From positions 64,001 to 128,000 of the forward strand of contig CAWEPK010000001.1 of the NCBI GenBank assembly GCA_963810935.1: 64,000 bases of DNA, given 5' to 3'. Position 1 is the first letter of the stretch; every line of letters starts with the position of its first letter. Shown in pieces: positions 1 through 11,342 of the stretch. Below the pieces are notes generated by a model that was given only the letters and a program-made list of their open reading frames with translations, was not told the origin of the DNA and did no database searches. This stretch comes from an uncultured delta proteobacterium (GTDB taxonomy: Bacteria; Desulfobacterota; Syntrophorhabdia; Syntrophorhabdales; WCHB1-27). The position numbers were made by a program, and so were the translations under genes.

Positions 1-109
1 AAAGAAGTAGCGGTTTTTTTCCTTCAACCCCCCATTGCCCATCCCCTCCCCAGGCATTAGTTTGTAAATAGACAAGCTGCTCCAAATCAAACTCACGAGG
101 AGGCTGGGG

Positions 110-577
110 ATGAAGGGGAACGCAAAGGTTATCGAGCAACTGAATATACGTCTGGCCGAGGAGCTAACCGCGATCAACCAGTATTTCGTCCACGCGGAAA
201 TGTGCGAGAACTGGAAATTCGGTCGCATCTCCGGCATCATCAAGAAGAGGGCGATCACGGAGATGAAACACGCGGAAAAGCTTATTGAGCGCATCCTTTT
301 TCTTGAGGGCCAGCCGATCGTCAGCAAGCTGAACAAGATCACCATAGGCGGAGCCGTGGCCGATATGCACAAGCTCGACCTGGGCCTGGAGATGGGGGCC
401 GAACGGGGCTACAACGAGACCATCAAGCTGGCCGGCGAGGTGCAGGACGCGGGCACGCGCGATTTGCTGGAGTCTATCCTGAAAGACGAAGAGGACCACA
501 TCGACGACCTGGAAGCGCAGCTCGATCAGATAAAGCAGGTCGGCATCGAGAACTATCTGGCCGATCAGATCGCTTAG
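110..577 (+). CDS. bfr: bacterioferritin
   Basis: MKG start, ELTAINQYFVH, EMKHAEKLIERILFLEG and EEDH ferroxidase motifs; GGAGG RBS. Confidence 0.95.
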   Translation: MKGNAKVIEQLNIRLAEELTAINQYFVHAEMCENWKFGRISGIIKKRAITEMKHAEKLIERILFLEGQPIVSKLNKITIGGAVADMHKLDLGLEMGAERGYNETIKLAGEVQDAGTRDLLESILKDEEDHIDDLEAQLDQIKQVGIENYLADQIA

Positions 578-920
578 GCCCGGACGGTCGGGGCAGGCGT
601 CTTTTCGCTGTTCGCGCGGCCGGTAACGCCGGACAGTGGGGACGTGGTCAACGAGCACCAGATGAGCAGGCCCGGAAGCCCACCACAGGACCGGTCAGGT
701 TCCCCGGTGGCTTCCGGCCGGCTTAAGGCGTATACCCTATCTTTTCTTATCCCGCTTAAACAAAAACCGGCATACTTCGCTTTTCATTTGACTATCGGAT
801 TTGTTATAATACGTCCTTAGCCCGAACGTGGGCCATATGTTCGTTCGCCTCACGCCGGGGTCGTATGTTTGGGCGCACCCCTGCCACCCTGCTTTGAGGC
901 GTGTTCCTCGGGGCGGTTCC

Positions 921-2969
<2,049 letters not shown>

Positions 2970-3044
2970 AGATAGAGAGGGCGGTCGGAGGAAAAATAAT
3001 CGGTTAATGCGGCTCGCCTTTTCGGGCGAGGACGGCGGTCGGCT

Positions 3045-3089
3045 AAAAAGATGGGCGGGCAGCCCCAAAAAAGGCGCCCGCCCATCTTT
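3045..3089 (-). terminator. intrinsic terminator of the atp F0 operon
   Basis: aaagatgggcgggc...gcccgcccatcttt inverted repeat with a U-tract on the minus strand just after the atpE stop. Confidence 0.7.
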
Positions 3090-3094
3090 ATTTG

Positions 3095-3421
3095 CTATAG
3101 CTTGAAGAACAGAAGCAACGAGATAACGAGTGAATATATTACCAGCGATTCGATCATGGCAAGACCGATAATCATCGGGGTGATGATCTTCCCCGAAGCC
3201 CCGGGATTCCTGCCGATGCCGTCCAATGCCGACGCTACGGCGCGGCCCTGGCCGATGCCTCCGCCGGCAGCCGCAATGCCCAAGCCTATGCCTGCAGCGA
3301 TGGCGATCATCGCTTTAACCTGCGGATCGAGTCCCGCAGTCGGCTCCGCCGCCATGGCGATGCCGCAGGAAAAACTCAGGATAACTCCAGTAAGCATAAG
3401 AACCACTAACGTTTTCTTCAT
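3095..3421 (-). CDS. atpE: F0F1 ATP synthase subunit c
   Basis: GGGIGQG, RNP loop, IESLVIY ion-binding Glu; N-terminal signal-like extension. Confidence 0.95.
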   Translation of the reverse strand: MKKTLVVLMLTGVILSFSCGIAMAAEPTAGLDPQVKAMIAIAAGIGLGIAAAGGGIGQGRAVASALDGIGRNPGASGKIITPMIIGLAMIESLVIYSLVISLLLFFKL

Positions 3422-3450
3422 AATGTGTTCACCCCCTTCCAATCGTTACA

Positions 3451-4149
3451 TTAAAGTTCTTCGTGGGCAATAGCCCCCGCAAAATAGGCCATAGACAGAA
3501 GCATAAAGACAAACGCCTGCACAAGTGCGACGAACGTGCCGAGGACCATGCCGAGCAGCGGCACGAAAAGGGGGACGAGCATAAAAAATATGCTCGTCAC
3601 GAGGTGGTCCCCCATGATGTTGCCGAAAAGCCTCAAACCCAGGGAAAGAGGCCTCGCGAGATTGCCGATTATCTCGATTGGGATCATCAGCGGGGCGAGC
3701 CACCAGATAGGTCCCATGAAGTGCTTCACGTACTTTACCCCGTGTTCCCGTATGCCGTAGTAATGGGTCAGGACGAAGACGGTGAGCGAGCAGGCGAACG
3801 TCGTGTTTACGTTGTCGGTAGCGGGCGAAAAGCCGGGCACAAGGCCGGAGAGGTTATTGAAGAGTATGAAGAGGCCGAGGGTGCCGATAATCAGCATAAA
3901 CTCCTTGCCTCTCGGTCCCATCGTGTCCTCGACCAGGCCGGAGATCGCCTCTATTATCAGCTCCGCCACATTCTTGAACGTCAGTTTATCGTCCGGCACT
4001 ATCGAGTCCTTGCGCTTCACCAACTGGGAATAACCCAGGAAGACGATGACCAGCAGGAAAACGGAGACTATGATGCCGTTGGAGACGTGTGTGGGCAGCG
4101 ACCGGAGGCCCGGTATCAGCGACGCCCAGGTAAATTGTTCATGCTCCAT
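3451..4149 (-). CDS. atpB: F0F1 ATP synthase subunit a
   Basis: RPLSLGLRLFGNI and QAFVFMLLSMAY signatures. Confidence 0.95.
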   Translation of the reverse strand: MEHEQFTWASLIPGLRSLPTHVSNGIIVSVFLLVIVFLGYSQLVKRKDSIVPDDKLTFKNVAELIIEAISGLVEDTMGPRGKEFMLIIGTLGLFILFNNLSGLVPGFSPATDNVNTTFACSLTVFVLTHYYGIREHGVKYVKHFMGPIWWLAPLMIPIEIIGNLARPLSLGLRLFGNIMGDHLVTSIFFMLVPLFVPLLGMVLGTFVALVQAFVFMLLSMAYFAGAIAHEEL

Positions 4150-4528
4150 TCTGTTTCCTCCTACCCTCCGGCATGAATGCTGTTATTATCTGGCTGGCGA
4201 GAATTGAGATAACGACCGTGGAAAGCCCGATGAGGAAGAAGAGAAGATTGACGTTGCCCCAGATCACGATGACGGCAACCAGCCCCCCGATCCCGAAAAA
4301 CTTGACGGGCAGCTTGATAAGAAGCTCTTTCTTGTTGATCTTCGATCCGGCGAAAAAGGCTTCCATGATTTTTCTCAGGAAGCGGAAATTGAGCGTCATT
4401 ACTGCGCTTGCAACCCCGAAGCTGAAGACGTAGACGAAATTGCGCATGACGACCATGGAGGCGATCGAGCCCAGGACGAGGATGATCACATTCAGCCGTT
4501 CTATGTCAGTTGTGGTCGTCTCCCTCAT
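4139..4528 (-). CDS. atpI: ATP synthase protein I
   Basis: Small 4-TM protein overlapping the atpB start. Confidence 0.7.
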   Translation of the reverse strand: MRETTTTDIERLNVIILVLGSIASMVVMRNFVYVFSFGVASAVMTLNFRFLRKIMEAFFAGSKINKKELLIKLPVKFFGIGGLVAVIVIWGNVNLLFFLIGLSTVVISILASQIITAFMPEGRRKQNGA

Positions 4529-4748
4529 CTTCCTTTTCCATCTTCTTCCAGAGCGTATAAAGGCGCTTCATTCCCGCAGCAATTCCGAAGCCCATAAATA
4601 TGAGGGTCAGGATCGGCGATGTTCCGAAGAACCGGTCAAGGAAATAGCCTATGGCTAATCCGATGGCCAGCGAGACCCCCATCTCTATGCCCAAGGTGCC
4701 GTAGTTCAGAAGGGAAGAAAGTATCTCCCTCTTGTCGTTCCCCGTCAT
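4506..4748 (-). CDS. atpZ: AtpZ/AtpI family (ATPase gene 1) protein
   Basis: GLAIGYFLDRFFGTSP motif; first gene of the F0 operon; alternative start at 4772. Confidence 0.75.
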   Translation of the reverse strand: MTGNDKREILSSLLNYGTLGIEMGVSLAIGLAIGYFLDRFFGTSPILTLIFMGFGIAAGMKRLYTLWKKMEKEDEGDDHN

Positions 4749-4863
4749 GGCTGGCCTTTCTTCTTCTATCATGCGGGCGCGTAATAGTCAATTGGTTTGT
4801 GAATTTTTTCTCCCAATATGCGAAATAAAGGCCATATTTCGAAGACTTGGGCGGAAATGAACG

Positions 4864-4928
4864 AAAAAGGGCCGGGTAGATTTTCGCTCCGTGTGCGACA
4901 AAGCTACGAGCGAAAATCTACCCGGCCC
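4864..4928 (-). terminator. 21-bp perfect inverted repeat; likely terminator of the cstA-arsA operon, with arms resembling repeat family A
   Basis: gggccgggtagattttcgctc (4869-4889) / gagcgaaaatctacccggccc (4908-4928), then a U-tract on the minus strand. Confidence 0.7.
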
Positions 4929-4936
4929 ATCACCTT

Positions 4937-5935
4937 CTATGCGAAGACGTACTTGCTGGTCCGCTCCAGCATGGCCGCCCCTTTGACTTCCGTCTCGAAG
5001 AGCGGCGCTATCGCCCTCACCTTATCGCCGAAGATGTTCCATATCTCTGCCATGTGCTCTTCCTGCATGGCGATCCTGTTCCGGACGAACTCAACCGTGT
5101 CCGCGTGCGTCTGGTCCTTCTGGATGAGGCCGTTGACGATAACGCCCCCTACCGGTATGCCGAACTCGTAGAACCAGTTTATGAAGCGCGTGATAACGGC
5201 GATGGGCAGGCTTTCCGGCAGGGTCACAAAGAAGAAGGCGGTCAGGGCCTTGTCCGTCAGGACGGTCTGCGCATTAGCCATTCTCTCTTTGAAGCTTAGC
5301 AGGTAGTCCATCAGCGGGTCCTTCTGCACCTTTTTCGTGAAAGACAGGACCTCGCGAAGCGACTTGGCCTCCTCCCTGCTCTTGAGCATCTTCTCCACCC
5401 AGAGGCCGTAAACCTTCGACATGCCGAGGAGGCGTCGGGCGTTTGCCGTAGGCGCAGTGTCGAATACATAGAAGTCGTACTCGTCCTTGAAGATCAGGTC
5501 CATCATGTTCTCGAACATCGCCGATTCCTCGAACGCGGGGTTCATGGTGGCCGACTCGATGAAGTCCTCGGCCTTCGTCGTGATGTCCGCGAATTTGAGG
5601 AACCAGTTTATCTTCTCGCGTATCTCCTGCTTGGAACGCTCGATAGTGTCGCGCGTGTCGATCTCGAACGCGTGGCAGCGTTCCTCGTTGCAGACGACCA
5701 CGGGCTTGCCGAAAACGTCCTGTCCGAAAAGGTTCGAAAGACTGTGCACCGGGTTCGTGGAAGCAAGGAGTGTCCTTTTGCCTTTTTTCGCCGACCAGAG
5801 CGCAGCCGCGCCGGCCATTACCGTCTTGCCCACGCCGCCCTTACCGCCGAAGAAGATGTACTTCAGCTTCGGATTGTCCTCCATAAATTTCTTCATGCTC
5901 AACGTTATGCTGTTATGCACGCTTATTGTATCCAC
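4937..5935 (-). CDS. GET3/TRC40/ArsA family ATPase (copy 2, switch I D->N)
   Basis: GGKGGVGKT P-loop, STNPVHSLS, DTAPT; AGGAGG RBS before GTG. Confidence 0.9.
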   Translation of the reverse strand: MDTISVHNSITLSMKKFMEDNPKLKYIFFGGKGGVGKTVMAGAAALWSAKKGKRTLLASTNPVHSLSNLFGQDVFGKPVVVCNEERCHAFEIDTRDTIERSKQEIREKINWFLKFADITTKAEDFIESATMNPAFEESAMFENMMDLIFKDEYDFYVFDTAPTANARRLLGMSKVYGLWVEKMLKSREEAKSLREVLSFTKKVQKDPLMDYLLSFKERMANAQTVLTDKALTAFFFVTLPESLPIAVITRFINWFYEFGIPVGGVIVNGLIQKDQTHADTVEFVRNRIAMQEEHMAEIWNIFGDKVRAIAPLFETEVKGAAMLERTSKYVFA

Positions 5936-5950
5936 GTCTTCCTCCTTGCG

Positions 5951-6925
5951 CTACCCCTCGAACATGGCTTTGGCGAGCTTCTCGATCATGGCGAGGCCGG
6001 TCACGTCCCTTTCCATCTCCGGTACCTGCGCCAGTATATCGCCCTTGAACGTTTCGTTGATAACGCCCAGGTAGTGGTCCTGCATCGTAAGCCGGTTCTT
6101 CAGGTATTCCGGGATATCCTGTGTCTTGAGATCGTTGGAGAGCACACGGTTGACGATGTAGCCGCTCAGAGGGACATCGAACTTCGCGAAAAGCTCCGCT
6201 GCTTTCACCGTGTCGTTTATCACCATCTGCTCCGCAGTGATTACGAAGAAGAATGCGGTCTTTTCCTTGTCCGTAAGGATGCTGGAAGACTTATTGATGC
6301 GTTCTTTGATGTAGAGCAGCTCGTTCAGGATGGCGTCTTCGTCCATCTCCTTCTCGTGCTTCATGACCGCCGCAACCTGGTCATACTCGCGCATCTGCTC
6401 GCGTAGGTTGGTAATCTTGCCTATCCAGGCGTCGTACACGGACGCCATCGAGAGGTAGTACAGGGCGTGTCCGAGGGGCACGAGATCGTAGATGTAGTAA
6501 TCGTAATTGCCTTTGACGACGATGTCGACCACCTCGTCGAAGATGGCGCTCTCCTCCATGGCCGGCTCCGCAGCCGCAGCCTGGATGTAGCTCTCTATCT
6601 CCTCCGGGATCTTCTCCATGCCGTACATGTCGATGATCTTCTTGCGGATTTCCGCCTGGTACTCCTTGATGCGCCGGTCCGCGTCGATCTCCTGAGCATA
6701 GAGGTTGGGTATTATCTCCGTAGGACCCTTGCCGAAGATATCCTTCTGGAAGATATCGCTCAGAGAAGCCTGGGGATCGACGGAGAAGACGAGCACCTTC
6801 TTTCCATGTGTCGCCAGGTAATATGCGGCTGCGGCTGAAAAGGTCGTTTTGCCCAGCCCGCCTTTCCCGCCGAACATGATGTACCGTCTGTCGGGATATT
6901 GTTCAAATATTTTCGCGAGAGAAAT
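5951..6925 (-). CDS. GET3/TRC40/ArsA family ATPase (copy 1, apparent ATT start)
   Basis: GGKGGLGKTT, SVDPQASLSD, DLVPLGH; frame extends 16 codons upstream of ATG 6877 to an ATT preceded by AAGGAGGT. Confidence 0.88.
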   Translation of the reverse strand: MSLAKIFEQYPDRRYIMFGGKGGLGKTTFSAAAAYYLATHGKKVLVFSVDPQASLSDIFQKDIFGKGPTEIIPNLYAQEIDADRRIKEYQAEIRKKIIDMYGMEKIPEEIESYIQAAAAEPAMEESAIFDEVVDIVVKGNYDYYIYDLVPLGHALYYLSMASVYDAWIGKITNLREQMREYDQVAAVMKHEKEMDEDAILNELLYIKERINKSSSILTDKEKTAFFFVITAEQMVINDTVKAAELFAKFDVPLSGYIVNRVLSNDLKTQDIPEYLKNRLTMQDHYLGVINETFKGDILAQVPEMERDVTGLAMIEKLAKAMFEG

Positions 6926-7085
6926 GGCGCACCTCCTTGCTTATTTCTTTCCGCGGCCCGCCTGCTAAGCCACTTACCGGCTCCTATCCCGGCCCACGCC
7001 TCTTGCTACGCGGGACGTAAGGAATTTTCGGAGCCCTTTGTCGAACAGAAGCAACTTAAGTTTGCGGGCCGTATAGTTCCTTACG

Positions 7086-7352
7086 CTATGCCAAACCGTC
7101 CGTCAGGTCTTTCTCTCTGAGCATACGCCTCTTCCACGTCGCTATCTGGGGGACGACGTACGGCAGCAGCCTCAGGGAGTAATACGGCGGTAGTATGGGG
7201 ACGCCCAGCATATCACCCATCGTTATGAGTATGAAAAGGTGCTCCATGCTCGCCCTTGTCTTAAGCGCGAAGCGTGCGGAATCGTGAGCGGCCACGCCAT
7301 ATACGAAGTCCTTTACTGCTCCGAACAGGCCGCCTTTTTTACCTTCCCCCAT
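7086..7352 (-). CDS. small CstA/ArsA-associated protein (cory-CC-star-like, lacking the C-terminal Cys-Cys)
   Basis: LFILITMGDMLGVPILPPYYSLRLLPY...W..RM resembles small proteins found between cstA and arsA; strong AAGGAGG RBS. Confidence 0.7.
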   Translation of the reverse strand: MGEGKKGGLFGAVKDFVYGVAAHDSARFALKTRASMEHLFILITMGDMLGVPILPPYYSLRLLPYVVPQIATWKRRMLREKDLTDGLA

Positions 7353-7414
7353 GGTTGATGCCTCCTTGTGTCATCCTTAACATAATGAAACAATGCGGGG
7401 CGCCCGAACAGCTT

Positions 7415-9106
7415 TTACGCCTCCGCTGCCTTTCCGCGTCCGGCCTTTCTCGCTCTCCGGTACCTGTTGAATGCCTTTGTACCTTCGACGCCCAGGGCGA
7501 CAGCGGCGATAACCAGGAAAAAGCCCACCAGGCCCATAAGCGTGTTGCCGACGAGCGCCTCGCCCTTGACCGCGCCCATCGCCACCTTGGAGAGCAGGCT
7601 ATATGACGTGTAGCATAGGGCTGCTATAGTCGTTATGAACATGAATATCATCGGATAGAAAGCCCAGGCATAGGACCTGCCTTCCGACATGAGCCATGCA
7701 GTGACAAGCATGAGCGCAAGCGACGCCATGAGCTGGTTCGCCCCGCCGAAGAGTATCCACAGATACTGCCACCACCCCGTCATGACGAGAACGAGCGTGA
7801 GGACGCCCGCTATGAATGTCCCTATGTGGGGGTTCCTGAAAGCGGGGCTTATGTCCGAAAGAAGCTCGGCAGTTGCCACCCTCATAAACCGGATAACGAG
7901 CTGCATGATGGTAATGGCGAGAACGACCATCATGACGCTGCCGTATGATTTGCCGAGCGCTATAGGCATACCGAGTGCGCCCAGGAACTTCGCGACGCCT
8001 GTTGCGAAGATTGCGCCCGGCCCGAGGGCCGCCGCCGCCCCGTACTCGGAGGGGGATGCGTAAATGGTGCCGGCTATGATAAGAGCGAAAAGGGCGAGCA
8101 TCATCTCGACGAACATAACGCCGGCGCCCACGGGCCGCGCATCCATCTCGCTCTCGAGCTGGCGCGCAGTTCCGGAGCTCGAAACTATGCTGTGCCAGCC
8201 GGAGATAGCCCCGCACGCTATGGTGACGAACATGATGGGCCAGACGGGACCGATCTTGATCGAGAAGGAAGTCGTCGCCGGCAGCGTGAACGAGGGGTGC
8301 AGGATGAAGATGCCGATTATCCCGAAAAAGAGTCCCAGGAAAACTATATATGAAGCCACGTAGTTAATCGGCAGGGCAAACCGCCATATCGGCAGGACGG
8401 CCGCGAAATAGCAGAAGACAACGGCGGCCAGGGCCCAGAGGAACCTGCTGTTCGCCAGCCCGGCGCCCAGGACCTTATCGGAAGGCGCAACGGTGCCGAG
8501 CCATATGCCGACAAGGGCGATAATTACGCAGACAACGGTCGTGAGGATGATGTCTTTCTTCCATCTGTATATCATCTGTCCGGCCACGACGCCGCCTATG
8601 GTCAGGAATAGCCACGCCATAGGTGCTGCCTTCAGCGCGATGGCCGTGCTGACGACTACGTTGCCGAAGGCGCCAGCAATAAGGAGCAGGTAAAAATAAA
8701 CGAACGAAAGCAGGATGATGCGGGCTCTTGGGGAGATGAGACGGTGGCTCAGGCCGCCGAATGAAGCACCCTCGTTCCTGACGGCGATCATGGCGCTGGA
8801 ATAATCCTGGACCCAGCCGATAAAGAACGTGCCGGCGAGTATCCAGATCAAAGCGGGCAGCCAGCCCCACTGGATAGCTATGATCGGGCCGATGATGGGT
8901 GCGGCGCCTGCGATGGACTTGAACTGGTAGCCGAAGAGCACGTTCTTGCTCGTCGGCATGAACTCCACCCCGTCCATAAACATTTTGGCGGGCGTGGCCC
9001 TCCTAGGGTCAGCCTTCAAGACGTTTTTTTCTATGTGGCGCGAGTAAAATCGATAACCGATGAAAAAGACTATGAAACCAAGGACCAGAACGAGAACCGC
9101 ATTCAT
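7415..9106 (-). CDS. cstA: carbon starvation protein A family transporter
   Basis: TPA...DG..F.PT, SIAGAAPIIGP, ACGAISGWHS, FGGANQL motifs; many TM segments. Confidence 0.93.
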   Translation of the reverse strand: MNAVLVLVLGFIVFFIGYRFYSRHIEKNVLKADPRRATPAKMFMDGVEFMPTSKNVLFGYQFKSIAGAAPIIGPIIAIQWGWLPALIWILAGTFFIGWVQDYSSAMIAVRNEGASFGGLSHRLISPRARIILLSFVYFYLLLIAGAFGNVVVSTAIALKAAPMAWLFLTIGGVVAGQMIYRWKKDIILTTVVCVIIALVGIWLGTVAPSDKVLGAGLANSRFLWALAAVVFCYFAAVLPIWRFALPINYVASYIVFLGLFFGIIGIFILHPSFTLPATTSFSIKIGPVWPIMFVTIACGAISGWHSIVSSSGTARQLESEMDARPVGAGVMFVEMMLALFALIIAGTIYASPSEYGAAAALGPGAIFATGVAKFLGALGMPIALGKSYGSVMMVVLAITIMQLVIRFMRVATAELLSDISPAFRNPHIGTFIAGVLTLVLVMTGWWQYLWILFGGANQLMASLALMLVTAWLMSEGRSYAWAFYPMIFMFITTIAALCYTSYSLLSKVAMGAVKGEALVGNTLMGLVGFFLVIAAVALGVEGTKAFNRYRRARKAGRGKAAEA

Positions 9107-9325
9107 TTTTGCCCTCCCTTTCACGCCGTGCTGGCCGGGCGCAAAAAACGCCTGTTCTGCTGCCGACTTCCGTCGATACGTTTATCCGCCGGTTGACATT
9201 GAAAACATTATATCATTATATGAACGGAGCGGTAACGTCAAGAAAAAATTGGTAAGGCCGGAAGCCGGCCCGGCACCCGCATATTATTCTTTGAAATCGC
9301 ACGATAATCTGTTATTCATTTAAAG

Positions 9326-9649
9326 ATGGTCAAGCCTCTTTTACTTTGTCTGCTGGCGCTCGCGCCCGCCCTTGTCGGCTGCGCCTCGCGTCCCAACGGC
9401 GCGCCGGCTATGACGCAGACGGAGCGGATAGACTTCGGGCATAAGCTGGAACAACTGATGCAGGAAGACCAGAATACCTTCGATATCCTTACCCGCAAGA
9501 TGGATGATTACCAGAACCTGCTGGCGCTTTGCGAGGGCATCAAGAAGGACAAGGAAGAGGGAAGCATCGCGGCGGGGTGCGGGCCCGGGCTGAAGTCGCT
9601 CAAACAGGAGATCGAAGACCTGAGCGACCTGCTGCGGGGCGGGAAATAA
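9326..9649 (+). CDS. hypothetical lipoprotein
   Basis: Lipobox LVGC, short helical body. Confidence 0.6.
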   Translation: MVKPLLLCLLALAPALVGCASRPNGAPAMTQTERIDFGHKLEQLMQEDQNTFDILTRKMDDYQNLLALCEGIKKDKEEGSIAAGCGPGLKSLKQEIEDLSDLLRGGK

Positions 9650-9754
9650 GGCCGCGGTCCACTCACCGGTCCCGGCCTCCTATCCATTGCTAAGGCCCCC
9701 CGGCCGGTATTAAATTCTACAAGAGAGATACAGGCGCATTAGAGCGCATCGTTT

Positions 9755-11224
9755 ATGCCTTGCTTTGAATCCTTCGCGCTTCTGTTCAGAAAAGAAACAG
9801 AACGGTGCGGGCGGATGCGTCCCCCCGGCAGGGGCGGCACACACGCTCTGCGTATGTTCTTTTCCATGCTTTTCATCTTATGCGGCCTACTGCCCGGTGG
9901 ATGTGTCTCCCTGCCGGACGTCCATCCCCTTTTAGATTCGTATCATAGAAGCGACGCGGTCCCGAAAATAGCCTGCGCGGGGGCGGGTGTTCGGGGCCAG
10001 GACTGCGCTCGCATGTTGGAGCGCCTCCGGGCGGAAGCGGGAGACATGGGCGTGCTCGGCTGCCATCTCAACCTGACTGCGGCAGCAGGCGGCAGCCCCA
10101 TCGTATGTGGAAACAGGGCCACGCTGCTTGTAGACGGAGACGTGACGTTCGCCTCCATGCTCCAGGCCATCGCAGGCGCGACCGATAACATCAATTTCGA
10201 GACCTACATCTTTCACGACGACGAGGTCGGACGGCTTTTTGCGAACGCGCTGATAAAAAAGCGGGCGGAAGGCGTAAGGGTCAACCTCATATATGACGCC
10301 TTCGGGTGTAGGGAGACGTCCAGGTCATTCTTCGAGAGGCTGCGCGAGGCGGGTGTCAGGACCGTCGAATTCAACCCGATCAGCCTCGATCTCCTCGGCC
10401 CGAGCGGGTTGTTTCACCGGACGCACCGAAAACTGCTGGTCGTCGACGGCAAGATCGTTTTTACGGGCGGCATAAACATAGGCAAGGCGTATATCAAGGT
10501 CCGGCGGCCGGGAGACCACTCAGGCGACCCGGAGCAATTCTGGCGCGACACGGATATCATGATAGAGGGGCCGGCCGCAGCCGAATTCCAGAAGCTTTTC
10601 CTCGCGACGTGGGCGCAGCAAAACGGGCAGGCGGAGCCGGGCGCCGTGTACTTTCCGCCAATTGCCCGAGAGGGCGGCGATCTGGTCCAGGCGGTAGGCG
10701 CCGGCTACGGCGTAAGCAACAGGACCAATTATATCATGTATATATCGGCGGTTGCCCAAGCCGAAAAATCGGTCCACATAACACAGTCGTATTTCGCGCC
10801 CGATGTCCGGCTCATGCAGGCCATCACGGAGGCCGCCCGCAGGGGCGTCGATGTGCGGATAATCCTTCCTGAAAGTTCCGACCACGGGATCGTCCGGCAG
10901 GCGGGGCGGTCGCGCTACCGGGAATTGCTCGAATCAGGCGTAAGGGTCTACGAATGCAGGGGGGCGATCCTCCACGCCAAGACGGCCGTGGTGGACGGCG
11001 TCTGGTCAACAGTCGGCTCGACCAATCTGGAGCGCTGGAGCCTCGGGGCGAGCGACGAGATCAATGCGGTCGTGATTGGCCCCGATTTCGGCCGTGATAT
11101 GGAGGTATGCTTTCAAAACGACCTCTCCCGGTCGATTGAGATAGTCCCTGAAGAATGGCGGCAAAGGCCTCTTCTGGAGCGGGTAAAGCAGCTACTCTCC
11201 GGCATGCTCGACCGTTGGCTGTGA
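9755..11224 (+). CDS. cls: cardiolipin synthase / phospholipase D family
   Basis: Two HKD motifs (HRKLLVVDG, HAKTAVVDG), GGINIG, GSTN; true start probably further downstream. Confidence 0.88.
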   Translation: MPCFESFALLFRKETERCGRMRPPGRGGTHALRMFFSMLFILCGLLPGGCVSLPDVHPLLDSYHRSDAVPKIACAGAGVRGQDCARMLERLRAEAGDMGVLGCHLNLTAAAGGSPIVCGNRATLLVDGDVTFASMLQAIAGATDNINFETYIFHDDEVGRLFANALIKKRAEGVRVNLIYDAFGCRETSRSFFERLREAGVRTVEFNPISLDLLGPSGLFHRTHRKLLVVDGKIVFTGGINIGKAYIKVRRPGDHSGDPEQFWRDTDIMIEGPAAAEFQKLFLATWAQQNGQAEPGAVYFPPIAREGGDLVQAVGAGYGVSNRTNYIMYISAVAQAEKSVHITQSYFAPDVRLMQAITEAARRGVDVRIILPESSDHGIVRQAGRSRYRELLESGVRVYECRGAILHAKTAVVDGVWSTVGSTNLERWSLGASDEINAVVIGPDFGRDMEVCFQNDLSRSIEIVPEEWRQRPLLERVKQLLSGMLDRWL

Positions 11225-11342
11225 TGGTCCACCCCCGGCCGGCGGCGCCTGTCTGAAGGGCGGCGCGGACACCTTCGCAAAAAAATACTGTTTGACTAAA
11301 TCCAGGCAAATGTAATACCCTACCCCCACTGGAGCATCAGCT

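Noticed and set aside
3095..4748. ATP synthase operon missing b, delta and F1 genes
   Set aside because: Split atp operons are normal in this group of bacteria
4937..6925. Arsenic resistance pump (arsA)
   Set aside because: Single-domain ATPases in a cstA operon with no adjacent arsB/acr3/arsC/arsD/arsR
7050..7088. Sec/Pyl read-through at the end of the CstA-associated small protein
   Set aside because: Stop is TAG, no terminal Cys motif, and read-through adds only about 10 unremarkable residues
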